Source: Mantamonas sphyraenae STR306 (taxonomy: Eukaryota > Protista > CRuMs). Taken from it: a stretch of DNA of 64,000 nt. The stretch spans positions 496,001-560,000 of the forward strand of contig JAPMXV010000034.1 in the NCBI GenBank assembly GCA_026936335.1. Reading direction: 5' to 3'. Made by a program: the position numbers and the translations under genes. Below the pieces are notes generated by a model. It was not told the origin of the DNA and did no database searches. It saw nothing but the letters and a program-made list of their open reading frames with translations. Of this stretch, positions 34,486-47,900 are shown in pieces (the stretch's first letter is position 1; every line of letters begins with the position of its first letter).

Positions 34486-37075
34486 ATGCCGTCCTTCACC
34501 CAGCACGACGTCTGTGTGCATCCGTCCATGCTCGACCGCGTGTTTGTGCGTGGCACCCTCACCTTGACGGACAACGGCCAGGGCGAGTCGGCCATTCTCG
34601 ATTGGGTTCCCGAGCAACCGCTGGACGAGGACACGCAGGACGACACACAGCCCAGCAACAGCTCGGAATCAGACACGTCCTCCAACTCCAGTGTGGCTGG
34701 GGCCTCGCCCGAGCCCGTATTTGTCACCGGTTCCATGGACCAGCAGGAGACCATCGAACGAGCCAACTCGCTGGTGCTGCAGAAAGCAAACTCCAAGAGC
34801 AATGTGCTCCTGGCCATGCACCAAGCCCAGCAGCAACAGCTTCTCTACCAGTTCTCGGTGCCCGTCGACTCCATCGGTCTCCTTAAGCTCCATCGTCCCA
34901 CCAACGGTACGTTTGTGTGTGTGTGTGTGTGTGTTCGAGCTGTGCCACTTGTGCGTCATTCCGTTTTCTCATTGTCCCTAACGCACCTTTTTCCCACTGC
35001 GGGGTCTTCCCGTCAATCCCACAGGCTGGCCCATCATCCGCATCACCATCCATGGAGAGGAGCAGCCTTCGTTGCCTCCTCTGTGCTTCCATGCCGGTGG
35101 ATTTGATGCCTTTCTCAACGTCCTGCTCTCCTGCGCCCCATTCCTCAGGTATCCTACAACCACTCATTGCACAGCACGATCACATCCACCCACCGCATTT
35201 CATACTCACAAACCCAAAACCCAAACACACACACACACACACACACAAACACACACACGCAGTGATCCCCAGGACAGCAACACGCTGCGAGCGGTGCGCT
35301 ACGAGGACAGTGAACTCAACGAGAGCATGCTGAGCATGTCGCAGGTGTTTGCCAAGCAGAGTTCCGCACGCACGTTTGAGCAGACACTGTCTGAAACCAC
35401 GTGGAATGTCCTCGACGGCTTCTCCAAGGTGGCGCAGTACGTGAGCACACTTCCGGAACAGGTCAACCTGGTTGCGGCCAACCTGCAGCACGAAGCACAG
35501 GTTGCCGCTGCAAACGCACAGGGCAAGCGCACAGCAGCAGCTGGCAACCCAAAGGACACTGTGCGTCGCGACCAGAGTTTTGACGAGTTTGAACTCATCG
35601 AATCGTACCGCCCCGGCGCAGAGGTGGTCACCTCCGCCGTCCACTCCTCCAACACCACAAACAACAACAACGGCGACGGAAACGCTACCACCAGCACCAG
35701 CACCAGCACCAGCACCAGCACCAGCACCAGCGGTAGCAGCAACACGGAAGAGGCCACCCATCCGCTTCCTGCCACACAATCTCACTCCAGTGCCTCCCTC
35801 AACTCCCTCTCCACCGACGACGACTTTGTGGTGGTCGACACACCAGAAGGCGTGCCTGCAGACGGCACTGTGGAACCTGAGGAGGAGGATTCGTTCGATC
35901 TGGACGAGTCCATGTACTATTCCCTTGCCGAGTCGCTGCGTTTGTCTGCCAGCCAACTCTCCGCCCTGCAAGCCGACGACGGCGAAACCACACAAGTCAC
36001 AGACAAGCAGCAGGAAGGAAACAGCAGCAGCAACGACGACGACATGCAACACACACAGCAGCAGCAGAAGCAGACGACGCGAGGCACAGGCCTGGACGAA
36101 CTCATGTGGACGGACCACCATACCATGGAAGGACGACTGCGCGAACCAGAAACCCTGAAGCGACACGTGTTCTACGGCGGCGTGGAGCCGTGCATCCGGG
36201 AAGAGGTGTGGCCATTCCTGCTCGGGGTGTACCCGTGGGACTCCACCTATGATGAGCGCAAACAACTGCGCGATGACAACACCACCCACTACCTGGCCAT
36301 CCGTGCACAATGGCAGAGCATCGGTGAGGAACAACTCAAGTACCACAGCGCCTTCCGCGATCGCGATTTTCAGATTGCCAAGGATGTGGTGCGCACCGAT
36401 CGGGATCTGCCCGAATTCGACGCCGAGGACTCGCCCGAGCTGCAGCGCCTCCACCGCATCTTGCTCACCTACTCGTTCTTCAACTTTGACCTGGGGTACG
36501 TGCAGGGGATGAACGACCTCCTGGCACCCATCATCCGTGTCATCCCGGACGAGGCAGAGGCCTTTTGGTGCTTCAAGGCCTTTATGGACACCCTCATGGC
36601 CAACTTCCAGGGCGACATGAGTGGTCTCAAGCGCGAGGAGGAGACTCTGGCCAGGTTGCTCAAGTTGGCACATCCTCGCCTGTGGAAACACCTGCACGAC
36701 CAGGACAATGGCACGGGGATGCTCTTTGTTGTCCGCTGGCTTCTGCTGCGCTTCAAGCGTGAGTTTAGCTATGACGACGCCATGGAGTTGTGGGAAGCAA
36801 TGTGGGCCGGCCTGGTGCCGGACATGCACTACTACATTGCCCTGGCCGTGCTGTTTGACCACGCAGACACCATCATTGCCGGCGACCTCTCCTGCGACGA
36901 GGTCCTCATGTACATCATCCGCCTCCAAGGACAACTCGACCTCCACACCGTCCTCGCACGTGCAGAGACCGTCCACAGCGTCATTGGCGACGTCCAGGAC
37001 GCCCTCGACACCCTCGACAAGTTGGACGACAACGACAACCGCGAGACACACGCAGGCGTCGACGACGAGCAGTGA
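34486..37075 (+). CDS. TBC1D15: TBC1D15/17 (Gyp7)-like Rab GAP
   Basis: N-terminal PH-like region (HDVCVHP, PPLCFHAGG) and WNVLDGFSKV. TBC motifs REEVWPFLLG, IAKDVVRTDR (R-finger), YVQGMNDLLAP (Q-finger) and RWLLLRFKREF. Three introns. Confidence 0.92.
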
Positions 37076-37254
37076 CATGATGACACACACAATCACAATC
37101 ACAATGGTCACAGTACAGTGGGAAGGGGGTAGAGGAAAGGGGGGGGGGGCAGGGAGCGAAGGTGCAATGTCTTCAATTGATGAAATGGAAAGCGCCCCAA
37201 CGAACACAACCACACACACAGACACACACCCGGGGACACGCGCGCACACCAAAC

Positions 37255-40200
37255 ATGTCCAAACGCCTGCAAATCGACAGTGGCCAGGCTATCCGCGTGG
37301 GATGGATGGAGAAGCAGGGACACGTCAACAAGGCGTGGAAGCAGCGGTGGATGCAGCTGATGCCCAAGAAGTTGTACTACTTTCGCGACCAACAAGTGAG
37401 TTTTTGTCCACACACAGCCTGGCCCTCCCGTTTCCGAATTGCTCGCGTGAGCACCTGCCCCGGATGGATGTCCGTGGCTAGGTTCATGTGCACATGGCTT
37501 TGCCTGTGCGCCTGTGCGGCGCACACTCGTGTCCCGGCTGGGGCCGGATCCAGGAATCCCTCCCTCTGTGCGTGTCACGCTCACGCGGCCCGCACACGCC
37601 CACACATAGAACTCCACCCCGGACGGTGTGTGGGATCTCACAGAAGTTACCTTTAGCAAGGTGGAAAACCTTAACAAGCGCCCGTACGGCATTGCCATCG
37701 ACGAGGGCAAGCGCACAACCTATGTCTCGTGCAAAAGGTACGCCCGAAAGCCAGGCCAGCGCTCGATCCACGCGGCCCACCCACGCCTTTGCCACTTCCC
37801 ACACCCATCCCACACCCACCGTGTCGCCTTGCCTGCCACCTCCCGTCGTCGCTGACACATGCGCGTGGCCATGGGGCCCTTGCGTTTTGCAGTGCCGAGG
37901 AGCGCGACTCGTGGCTGGAAAGCATCAAAGAGGCGTCCGAGGGAAACACGGCGGTGTTGAAGGACCGCATCAGCGCCCACCTGAAAATGACGGTGATCAG
38001 TGGACGCAACCTGGCGGCCAAGAACAAGAACTTCCTGAAGAAGGCAGCGAGTGATCCGTATGTGTTGATCAAGTGTGGCAACAAGACCAAAAACACAAAG
38101 ACGGTGGAGAGCACGCTGAACCCGACCTGGAACGAGGACTTTTCCTTCTTTGTTTCATCGACGTCGGCCACACTGGACATCACTGTGTTTGACCAGGAGA
38201 CGTCTGCACTGGCCTCCTCCTCGCTGGGCAGTTCCCTGGGTGTCAAGGACGAGTTTATGGGCTCCATCCAGCTGCCCATCCCCAAGATCCAGGAACTCAT
38301 GGAGGCCCAACCCAACGGGAAGGATGGCAAGAAGCAGCCCATTGAGCAGTGGTTCCCGCTGGAAAAGATCAGCAAGGATGACAAGGTCACTGGTGACCTG
38401 CTGCTCAAGATCTACTTTGAAGAGTCCACTCGCATCGGCACACGAGGCGTAGGTGGCGACGGCGCCTCTGTCGTCAGTGCGTCCACATTCCAGAGCACCG
38501 TGTTTGGTGCGGGTGGAGGCGGAGGCGGAGGCGGCGGCGGCGGCGGTTTGGGTGGCGACATGGAGTTGGAGGATTTGCAGTCGCACCTCAACGAACTCGA
38601 GGAACAGATTCAGATGTATGCTGAAGACAGGGCCAAGATTGTGCGTCAGGTCAGCGACCTCTTCTTTGACGAGTACCGCAAGTACATTGCACCCCCCAAG
38701 AAGCTTGGCCAGCTGTACCTCTCGGGTCTGCAGGGTCGCAAGCTTGCCAACATGGATGGTGTGCTCGGCAAGTCCGACCCCTACCTCGTCATCAAGTTTC
38801 AAGACCAGGAGAAAAAGTCCACCGTGCAGCCAGACACCCTCAACCCCAAGTGGGACGGCGAAGCGTTCACCTTGTACGTTTTGGGCCCCACAACCCTCTG
38901 TGTTTTTTCACACCTCACACCTCACACCTCACCCCTCACACCTCACACCTCACACCTCACACTTCACCCCTCATCACAGTGACATCATGGAGAAACCTAT
39001 CGACATCATGATTGAAATCTTTGACGAGGATCCTGGCAAGGACGAGAGCATGGGCTTTGTTTCGGTGGCCATCCAGCAGCATCTGGCAGGCAGTGAGCCG
39101 GGCGACGAGGTGCAACGCTGGTACGACGTGGCCGACCTCACAGGCAAGGGCAAGGCGGCAGGCGAGCTGCAGGTGACGCTGAAGATGGTCGAGTTTGAGG
39201 ACGACAGCGACGAGCAGGTTGCGTCGACAGCACCCAAGGCCGAGCTGACGGGCGATGAGTGGGGCAAGGCGTTTGAGATTGCCAAGTTGGTCAAGAAGAA
39301 GATGGGAGAAGAGGTGGGCGTGCAGGAGCGCATTGCCGAAAAGATGATCAAGGCCAAGGAGGACATCGAGGACCAACTCACCCTCATTTTTGGCGAGTCG
39401 TACGAGCAGTACTGTCGCCCGCGTGGCGAGTTGCACATGCTCATTGCCGAGGCGCGTGGTTTGGTGACGGAAAAGGTGTTGGGTGTGGCCAAGCAGTTGG
39501 ATGCGTACGCCGTGGTCGAGTTCCAGGGCGAGGTCACCACCACCGGTGTGGTGCGTTCGCTCTCGCCCAAGTGGGACGCCAACACCATTGTGCCTGTGGT
39601 GCGCGACCTGGACGTGATCAAGGTCGACGTGTTCAACAAGCGTCCGGGCAAAGACAACCTGCTGGGCTCAGGCAACATCAACCTGGGCGAGTTTGTGCTG
39701 GAGGAGGGCGTGGAGCGAACCGACTGGTTCCCGCTCAAGCTGGACGGCGCTGCAGCGGGTGAGGTGCGTCTCGAGCTGACGTACAAGCGCAACGAGCAGA
39801 GCGAGTCTGTGTCCTCGGAGCAGATCAAGGTGCCGGGCATTACCAACCCGCAAGCCATCATCCAAAAGGCCTATGCGGTGCAACAGGCACTGCTGGAGGC
39901 AGCCAAGGTGCAAAAGGCCCAGTATATGCTGGCAAAGACGGAGCGCGACCAGATGGTGCGTCAGCTGTACGACCTGTTTGCCACCGACTACGAAGTGTAC
40001 TGCAGGCCGCGTGGCGAGCTGCAACTGTCTGTGGTCGAGGGTCGCTCCCTTCGTGTCATGGACAAGGGCAGCAAGTCTGCAGACCCGTACGTCACCGTGG
40101 ATTTCCAGGACCAGAGTGTCAAGACGGAAACGGTCAAGGGCAGCGTGGATCCCAAGTGGAACTCGGAGTTTGCCCTGTCGCTCATCCGCGAGCTCGACGA

Positions 40201-42076
40201 AGTCACCCTCACCGTGTACGACTGGAACGCCCTGGGCAAGGACTCGCCCATGGGCCAGATCATCATCGACTTTACCGAGATCGAACTCGAACACGACATG
40301 CGCATCCAGGAGTGGTTTGAGCTCCAGCCCATGGATGGCATGAAGGATCCCGAGGGATCCATTCTCATCGAGCTGTGCTTCCTGGACAACTCGGTGGGCA
40401 ACGAGGCAGGCACCGCCGCCGCCGCGTCGTCGTCGTCCTCGTCGTCGTCCTCGTCGTCCACAAATGGCGAGGGCGAGGAGAGAGACGAAGAGGAGGAGGA
40501 GGATTTGGAAAAGGTGCTGAACGAGGGCATTGTCAAGGCGCGTGGAGTCAAGGAGGCGTTGAAGGACCAGCTCGAGGTGCGCAAGGCACAGTACCTGCGT
40601 GCCAAGAAGGACCGCGACGACATCCTGAGCCAATTGCGCGAGCTGTTTTCCGACGCATACCGCAAGTACTGCCGTCCGCTGGGCGTGCTGACGGTCAAGG
40701 TGGGCGAAGCGAAGGATCTGAAAAAGATGGACCTGGGCGGATCCAGTGACCCGTTCTGCGAGCTGTTCTTCCAGGACCAGCACTACGTGACGAGTGTGAA
40801 GAAGAAGAACCTGAATCCCAACTGGAACGAAGTGTTCAAGTTCAGCGTGTACGAGATCCCGCAGACGTTCAAACTGCTCATGTACGACCAGGACGACCCG
40901 CTGCTGGGCCAGAAGGAGCCACGCAAGGAGTTGATGGCTACCCTGCGCTTGCACCTGGGCGACACCTTTGGCGAGGCGTTGAGTGACGGCGAATGGCACG
41001 AAAAGTGGTTTGAGTTTTCCGCCGACGACGCGGGCAAGAAGGGCGCCGGACAGGTGCTGCTGAGCTTCAGGCACGTGCTGCCGGAGCAGTTGGATGCCGA
41101 GGAGGCACCCATCATGGAAGCGTTGGTGGAGGCCAATGCTGTGCGTGATGCGCTGGAGCGGTCGATTCAGAACCAGGCCAAGCTGGTCAAGGACGCTCGC
41201 AAGCTCACGCAGGACGTGCATCGTCTGTACGCCAGTGAGTATGCACATTGGATCTCCACACGCAAGGCAGACTTTCCGACGCTGTATGTGACGGTGGTGG
41301 GTGCGCGTGATCTGGCAGCGGCAGACATCATGGAAGGCACAAGCGATCCGTTCTGTGTGCTGAGTGTGAGTGGCGAGGAGAGCGAACACAAGACAAATGT
41401 GGTGGACAAGACGCTGGACCCGGAGTGGAACGAATCGTTCAAGTTTCGCATCAACAACCCGAGCACGGCGGAGCTGACGATCAAGGTGTACGACCACGAC
41501 GACAAGGTGCTGGGCATCGGCGGCGGGTCGGACTACCTGGGCGAGGTGAACATTGCCACGTTTGCACTGCAGGAGGACAAGGAACTGGATGCGTGGATTC
41601 CCCTCAAGTCGCCCAAGCGGCGGTTTGGCCTGTACAAGATCAAGGGCGAACTGCATGTCAAGGTGACGTACACGTGGCGCATCGAGGCGGAGGATGACAT
41701 CCCGGAGGAGGACACGGATGAAGAGGCACGATTTGCGCTGGAGACGATGAAGAAGGCGCGGGTGGTGAAAAAGGTGATGATGGCCCACCTGAAGGATCTC
41801 AAGACACGTGTGCAGGACCAGGAGGAGCAGTTGGTGGAGTATGAGAAGGAGCTGCGACGCACACGGGACGCAGAGAAGAGGGCAAGTCTGTTGGAACGCA
41901 AGCTGGCACGTGCGGAGAAGGAGCAGACACAGGAACTCAACGACATGCGTGAGCGCTACGAGGCTCAGCTGCGCGACTTTCGCGAGATTGTGGCCAAGAA
42001 GGATGCCGAGATTGACCGTTTGAACAACCGGGGCATCTTTAATTTCGGCAAGGGCAAGTCGGAGAGCAGCACGTAA
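37255..42076 (+). CDS. PH domain plus six C2 domains plus C-terminal coiled coil
   Basis: PH motifs GWMEKQG, WKQRW and ERDSWLESI. Six C2 units (DPY/DAY/DPF...L.PxW...D.D). Three introns. Confidence 0.88.
38908..38961 (+). repeat. (CACACCT)n heptamer tandem repeat in intron
   Basis: About 7-8 imperfect copies seen directly. Confidence 0.85.
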
Positions 42077-42112
42077 GATGAAAACTTGTTCTTTCTTTCT
42101 TGTTTGGGTCTC

Positions 42113-42647
42113 TCATGTGTGCTTGCCCAGTTCACCCAGTTCCACACGGCTCAGGGGTTGCAGGTGCAAGCCAAACTCTTGGTTGAGAAACTCGTTGCCC
42201 TGGAGCTCGTTGAGCTGGACCACCTTGCCCCGAAGGTCGTCACGCAGCTCTTTGATGTTCTCCTGCAGTTCCTTCTGGTCTGTGAACACCACACCCAGCA
42301 AGGGAGCGCCGAGGTGAGCGAGAGTGAAACTCGAGCATGCCTGCACACACACACAACCCCTTCCCCCACAAAACTCATGCTTCAACGTTACCATTCTTCA
42401 ACCGCTCCTGAATGACCGGTGCAGGCACTTTGATAAATAAGGAGCCGACATTGAGCCAGTGCTTGGCGTCGTCGGCGTCACTGAGGGCACCCTTGCGGAA
42501 CTGACCGAGGGCCTCTCTGTTCTTGTTCCGCGTCTTGTCCAGCTCCATGATCTGTTTGCGCGTCATCTCAATGTCCTCGGCCACCTCTTCAATCTCCGCC
42601 AGCGCATCCTCCAGAATGGAGGCTGCTGTTTCCGGGTCGAGATTCAT
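42113..42647 (-). CDS. PDRG1: PDRG1 (prefoldin-like, PAQosome)
   Basis: IEEVAEDI...LDKTRNKNREAL...WLNVGSLFIKVP...|DQKEL...LRDDLRGKV.QL.ELQG...LQPLS; one intron. Confidence 0.88.
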
Positions 42648-42727
42648 TTGCCCAAGCCGCGGCAGCGGAATCACTTCTCTCTCCTTGAGTCCCCCTCGAC
42701 CACCGACAACACGAAAGCAGCCAGAGA

Positions 42728-44809
42728 ATGTCCACAACTGACGGAAACAGCAGCAGCAGCAGCAGCAGCAGTGGATTGTTTGGGATGAGCCAAGACACGA
42801 CGACGTGGGTGGTGGGTGGCACCGTGGCAGCTGCGGCACTTGCCATGGGTTACTACCTTGGAAAGCAGCAGCAGCAGCAACAGCAGCAGCAGTGCCAGCA
42901 AGGCCAACAAAGCCAAGGACTCGATCAAGCTCAGTGTGAAGAACAAGGACACCTCGCCGTCGCTGCCTCCCAAGAAACGTCTCGCAGACGCCCCCGAGAT
43001 CTACGAGGAAGTCCTCTCCACATACAATGACGAGTAAGTGCTGCACACGTAGCAATGCGCCCTGTCTTTTGGTGTTCCATGTGTTTCTGCCTTGTGTGCC
43101 ATCGTTGCCGCCTCCCTTTCACTGTGCGTTGCACAGTGTGTCTTCCAAGGAACGAAATGATCCGTCTCTCGCTGACGCCGAAATCCAATGCAACACACTG
43201 CGTTTTCCACTCCTGCCGCAGCCTGGCCGAAGCTGAGGAGATGATTCCCATCATCGGCCGTCTGTATCGAGATTACAACGTGGTGAGCCACATGTTTGGC
43301 CGCACGCTGGTCAACGTGGGTAGGTGTGGCCGTGCAAAAACGCGGACTTGATGCCTTCCAAAACCTTCTTTTCGTTCGTTTTTCCCCCTTTTGCCCCCCT
43401 TTGTGTCGTCGCACGCTGACACCCATTGGCACCCTGTTCCACCCCCTTTTTGTTGTGTTTACCCCACACCTCAGGTGCGGTGGAGATCCTCAAGGTGCAC
43501 AAGTTCTGCCAGCGGTATGTGAAGGACGAGAACATGGAGGTGAGGAAGACGCACACCTTCCTGAAGGCTGTGGAAGCGTCGGAGCCCGGACCGTGCCGTG
43601 TGGATGTCGGCCAGCTGCTGTACGGCTACTATGCAGGGGATGAGGAAGCAAGGGAGGCTGGGGTGGAAGAGTATGTCAAGCAGGCGTTGCTGAAGATCCC
43701 CAAGGGCCCGCTGGTCAAGCAGGCACGCGATGTGGTCCTGTTTGGGTTTGGTCGCATTGGACGTCTGTTGGCACGTGTGCTGGTGGAGAAGCAAGGCGGT
43801 GGCGACAAGTTGCGTCTCAGGGCCATTGTGGTGCGTGCCACCATGAAAGACCCCGCCGATGATCTCATGAAGCGTGCCTCGCTGCTGCGACGCGACAGCA
43901 CACACGGTCAGTTCGACGGGTCCATCTCGGTGGACGTGGAGAACCAGGCCATCATTGCCAACGGGGTGTTTATCCAGGTGATCTTTGGCGACCCCAGCAA
44001 GATCAACTACAGGGAGTATGGCATCGACCAGGCTCTGTTGGTGGACAACACGGGCAAGTTCCGTGACAAAAAGGCACTGCAGATGCACCTGGACAGGCCT
44101 GGTGTGGACAAGGTCTTGCTGACGGCACCGGGTAAGGACATCCCCAACATTGTCATGGGTGTCAACCACATGGTGCCCGAGGTGGCTTCGTCGGACATTC
44201 TGGCCATGGCCTCATGCACCACCAACGCCATCTCTCCGTTCCTGGCGCTGCTGCAATCAACCTATGGTGTGGAGAGGTGCCACGTGGAAACCATCCATTC
44301 GTACACGAACGACCAGAACCTGCTGGACAACATGCACAAGAAGCACCGACGTGGACGTGGTGCAGCCACAAACATGGTCATCACAGAGACCGGCGCCGCA
44401 GAGGCAGTGACCAAGGTCATCCCGGAACTGAAGGGCAAGCTCAGTGGCAATGCCATTCGTGTGCCCACCCAGGACGTTTCCCTGGCCATCCTGTGTGTGG
44501 ATTTGGAGAAAAGAAACCAGCACCGATGAGATCAACGAGTTTTTCCGCCAGCAGAGCATGTTTGGTGTCATGCGCAACCAGATCGACTACAGCAGCTCCA
44601 ACGAGCTTGTCTCCTCCGACCTTGTGGGCAACCGCTACGCAGGCGTCCTCGACTCTGGGTCCACTCGTGTCACAGGCACTCGTGCACTGCTCTACATCTG
44701 GTACGACAACGAGTTTGGGTACACCTGCCAGGTCGTCCGTATGCTCCAGCTCCTGGGCAAGATCGTACACCCCGTGGTACCCAAGGTCAGCGATGCCGAC
44801 GACCAGTGA
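42728..44809 (+). CDS. Glyceraldehyde-3-phosphate dehydrogenase, bacterial long-form (PRK08289-like), with N-terminal hydrophobic anchor; two apparent frameshifts
   Basis: Introns 43034-43221 and 43320-43474. Motifs AEEMIPIIGRLYRD, DVVLFGFGRIGRLLAR, KRASLLRRDS.HG, ASCTTN, HSYTNDQNL, GNAIRVPT and WYDNEFGY. One extra A at 42862-42864 and one at 44509-44512. Confidence 0.9.
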
Positions 44810-44938
44810 CGACAATGCATGAGAATGATGGTCGTGACGGTGTGGATGTTGTGCAATGTGGGATGTGTGTGTGTGTGTGTGCAGGGCAAGAGGAGCAAGA
44901 ACACAAAAAGCACCACCCACGCTCGCCTTCATTGTCAA

Positions 44939-47900
44939 TCACTTCTGGCGCCGGCGCAGGGTCACGTGACGACTCTCCAGCTCGTTGACGAGGTCATCAC
45001 GTCCCATGGTCTGAAAGAGGCGCCTGCGAAGACGCAAGTCGTCGACGTAGGTGAGGAATGTGAGAAGGGAGGCCTCGTACTTGGGAGCTGTGGGATCACT
45101 CATCCACAGCTTGACAACCTCACCAAACAGCGTGGTGGGCGCCGGAAAGGTGTCCAGGAAGGCTTGCCAAAAGTCCAGGTTGCCCTTGACGATGACCTGT
45201 TCGTAGATGGGATGGGTCCACTCGCTGAGTCGGTTGAGGCCGTAGGCGTTTGCAATGACCAACGAGTCTGAAAACGAGCCCTGGTACACCATCATCTGCT
45301 TGGCTTGGATTTCACCCAGGCCCAGCAACTTCATGTTGAGGTTCTCCAGCTGCAGGCCAATGAGCGAGGCCATTTCGAGACAACCGGTGGAGTCGCCAAA
45401 GCAATTGTCCAGTTGGAAGCGTTCCGAGGCATCGATGAAGAGTTGCATGATGCGCAGGAGTTCACGCACGCCTGCGTCGCGTTTCTTGGGCTGATTGCTA
45501 AAGGCCACGTCACCCACGGTGCGCAGGGCGTCGTCGGCCTGTTCGCGCAGCATCTCGCCGTACTCGCGGTGCATGCTGAAGCGCAGATAGAGCATGATGA
45601 GTCTGTCGGTGTCCTGTGGGTAGTGAGCACGCAGGTGTGCAGCCAGAGCCTGTTTCAAGCCGCGTTGGCCCTCCTTGCTCAGACTCTTGCGCAGCAGCTG
45701 TTCAAAGTGGTCCTCAATGAGCAGTTCAAAGATGTACGACTGCTCGCGGAACTTGTTGAAGCCCTCCAAGACACGCACGAGCAGGTGGAACTTGCTCTCC
45801 CGGTGGTACTTGAGCACCTTGCGCTTCACCAGCCGCATCACGTACCGCACCCCTTCCACGCTGCACGCAAGGGTGTAGCATTGGTGTGCGCGCACAAGCA
45901 GCTCCACCTCTGTGTCGTAGCTGATGCCCGTCTTGAACACCAGCTGCAACAGGCAGTGGCCCAGCATGCGTGCGTCGTTGCCCAACAGCGCAAACTCCCG
46001 AAAGTCGTTTGTGCTCCACATCGGATCGATGCCCATGTTCTCCAGCCCCGTGCTGCTTGTGCCACTGGCGCCCCCCAGTGCAGCCAATCCACCTGCCATC
46101 GAGGATGACGATGATGCCTGGTTGTTTCCAACACCACGCAGCGATCCCGAGTACGACGTGGCCAGCGCCTGTTCTTCCTCCAACAGATCGCCGCCCTCCA
46201 GTTCCATTTCGCGACGCAGCAGGGCCTTGAAGAACATGTCCGCTAAGGCCCCGTTGACCTCCCTGCTGTCGAGGGCGTTCTGGGAGATAAAGGCACGTGC
46301 CAGCTTAAAGTGTTCGACACCGGACATGAGGACGTAGTGGAGGATGTCGATAGGATGGAGATGTTCGAGAGCGGCGTAGCTGAGGGAGAGGGCTGCGGCG
46401 ACGCTGCAATTGACACGCAAACGTTTGCAAAACGGACGGGTCTTTGCACACGCATCCTTAATCTTGTCCAACACCTGCAATGTGCTCATCTCTGTGGGTC
46501 GGAACCCAATGGTGCGCTTGCGCACGTACGCCAGCTGTGCTTCGTCCAAGTCAGAGGGCCCCATTTGACCGCGTGCGATGCGCAGCGACGCTTCGCACAG
46601 GCTCACCTCCATGCTGACGTACGCATGTTCCTTGCAGATGCGCTTGGCTTGTCGGATGTTGTTGGCATTGACCAACCTGCATGCAATGTCCTCCAACACA
46701 CGCTGTTCGCTCTCCGCATCCTCCACGTGTGCCAGATCTGTGTTCAGTGTCGTCACCTCGGGCAACGCACGTCCAGACACACTGCGACTGCGGTTCGCAC
46801 GATTGCTGCTGCTGCTGCTGCTGCTGCCACTGCTGGTGTTGATGGCCATCGACGAGGATGATGAGCTGCTGCTACTACTGCTGGTAGTGCCGCCACCCGC
46901 TGCCGCTGATGACGACGATGACGACGAAGGTGCTGCCACGCGACGACGAAGCGGTGACACAAAGTGCGAACGATGGCCACCGCCGCTCATGCGTGTAGGA
47001 CCGCGCGCAAGGGTCTGCGACAACAGTTCCGGCACAATAAACATGGAGCCGCTGTACATCGACATGCCCATGCTCGAGTCGTTGAGAGCCGTGCTCCCCG
47101 TGGACATATCCAGTGCAGACATGGTCGACCTATCACCGGCCCCAGGCCTACCGTGGCTTGTGGTCAACCCTTGGCCCAGCGTGTTGCCTCCACCGCCCTT
47201 TGCGTTGGGCGAGGTGGGCAGATTGGCGAGCCACAACGACGACGAGTAGGCCGACAGCGAAGCAGGCACCGAGGGAGGCGTGATGACCGACGATTGGAAC
47301 TGGTGGGTGTCCACTTGTCCATACATGCGGTCGTACTGGTCACGAAGTGCACGGATGCGTTGCAACGCACGTGTGTCCAGCTCCACCTGTCCTCCACCTA
47401 TGCCACCACCACCTGTCCCTTCGCCGTCGCCCGCACTCCCATCTGTGTCCACACTGTCCCTCGATGCCATCCGTTCCGCAAACCGTGTGTCCATGGGCGA
47501 TGTGCCCAGCAGAGCCTGGTCCGAACGCACCACAGCTCCCTTTTGTGGCGACATGAGAAAATCGTTGTGTGCCGCCACATCCACGTCTGTGTACTCTGTG
47601 TTGTGGAAATCCAGATGCGGCTCCAAATCCTGCAGCGATGCAATCACATCCTGGGTTCCCTCGTTCCCGCCGCTGTTGCTGTTGCTGTTGCTGCCACTGC
47701 TGCTGGGTAGCACCCACTTGGATGGCAGCCATGCACCCACCTCGCAGCCCATGGAAATGAGCCACAGGTGGTTTTCCAGGGTTTGCAGGTAGGACGTGGG
47801 CACGGGTGGACGTCCACCCGAAGCAGCTGCAGCTGCAGACGATGATGCCGATGCGGCCACACTGTCGTCGTAGTGGGCATTGGCCACGGCGTACCACTCC

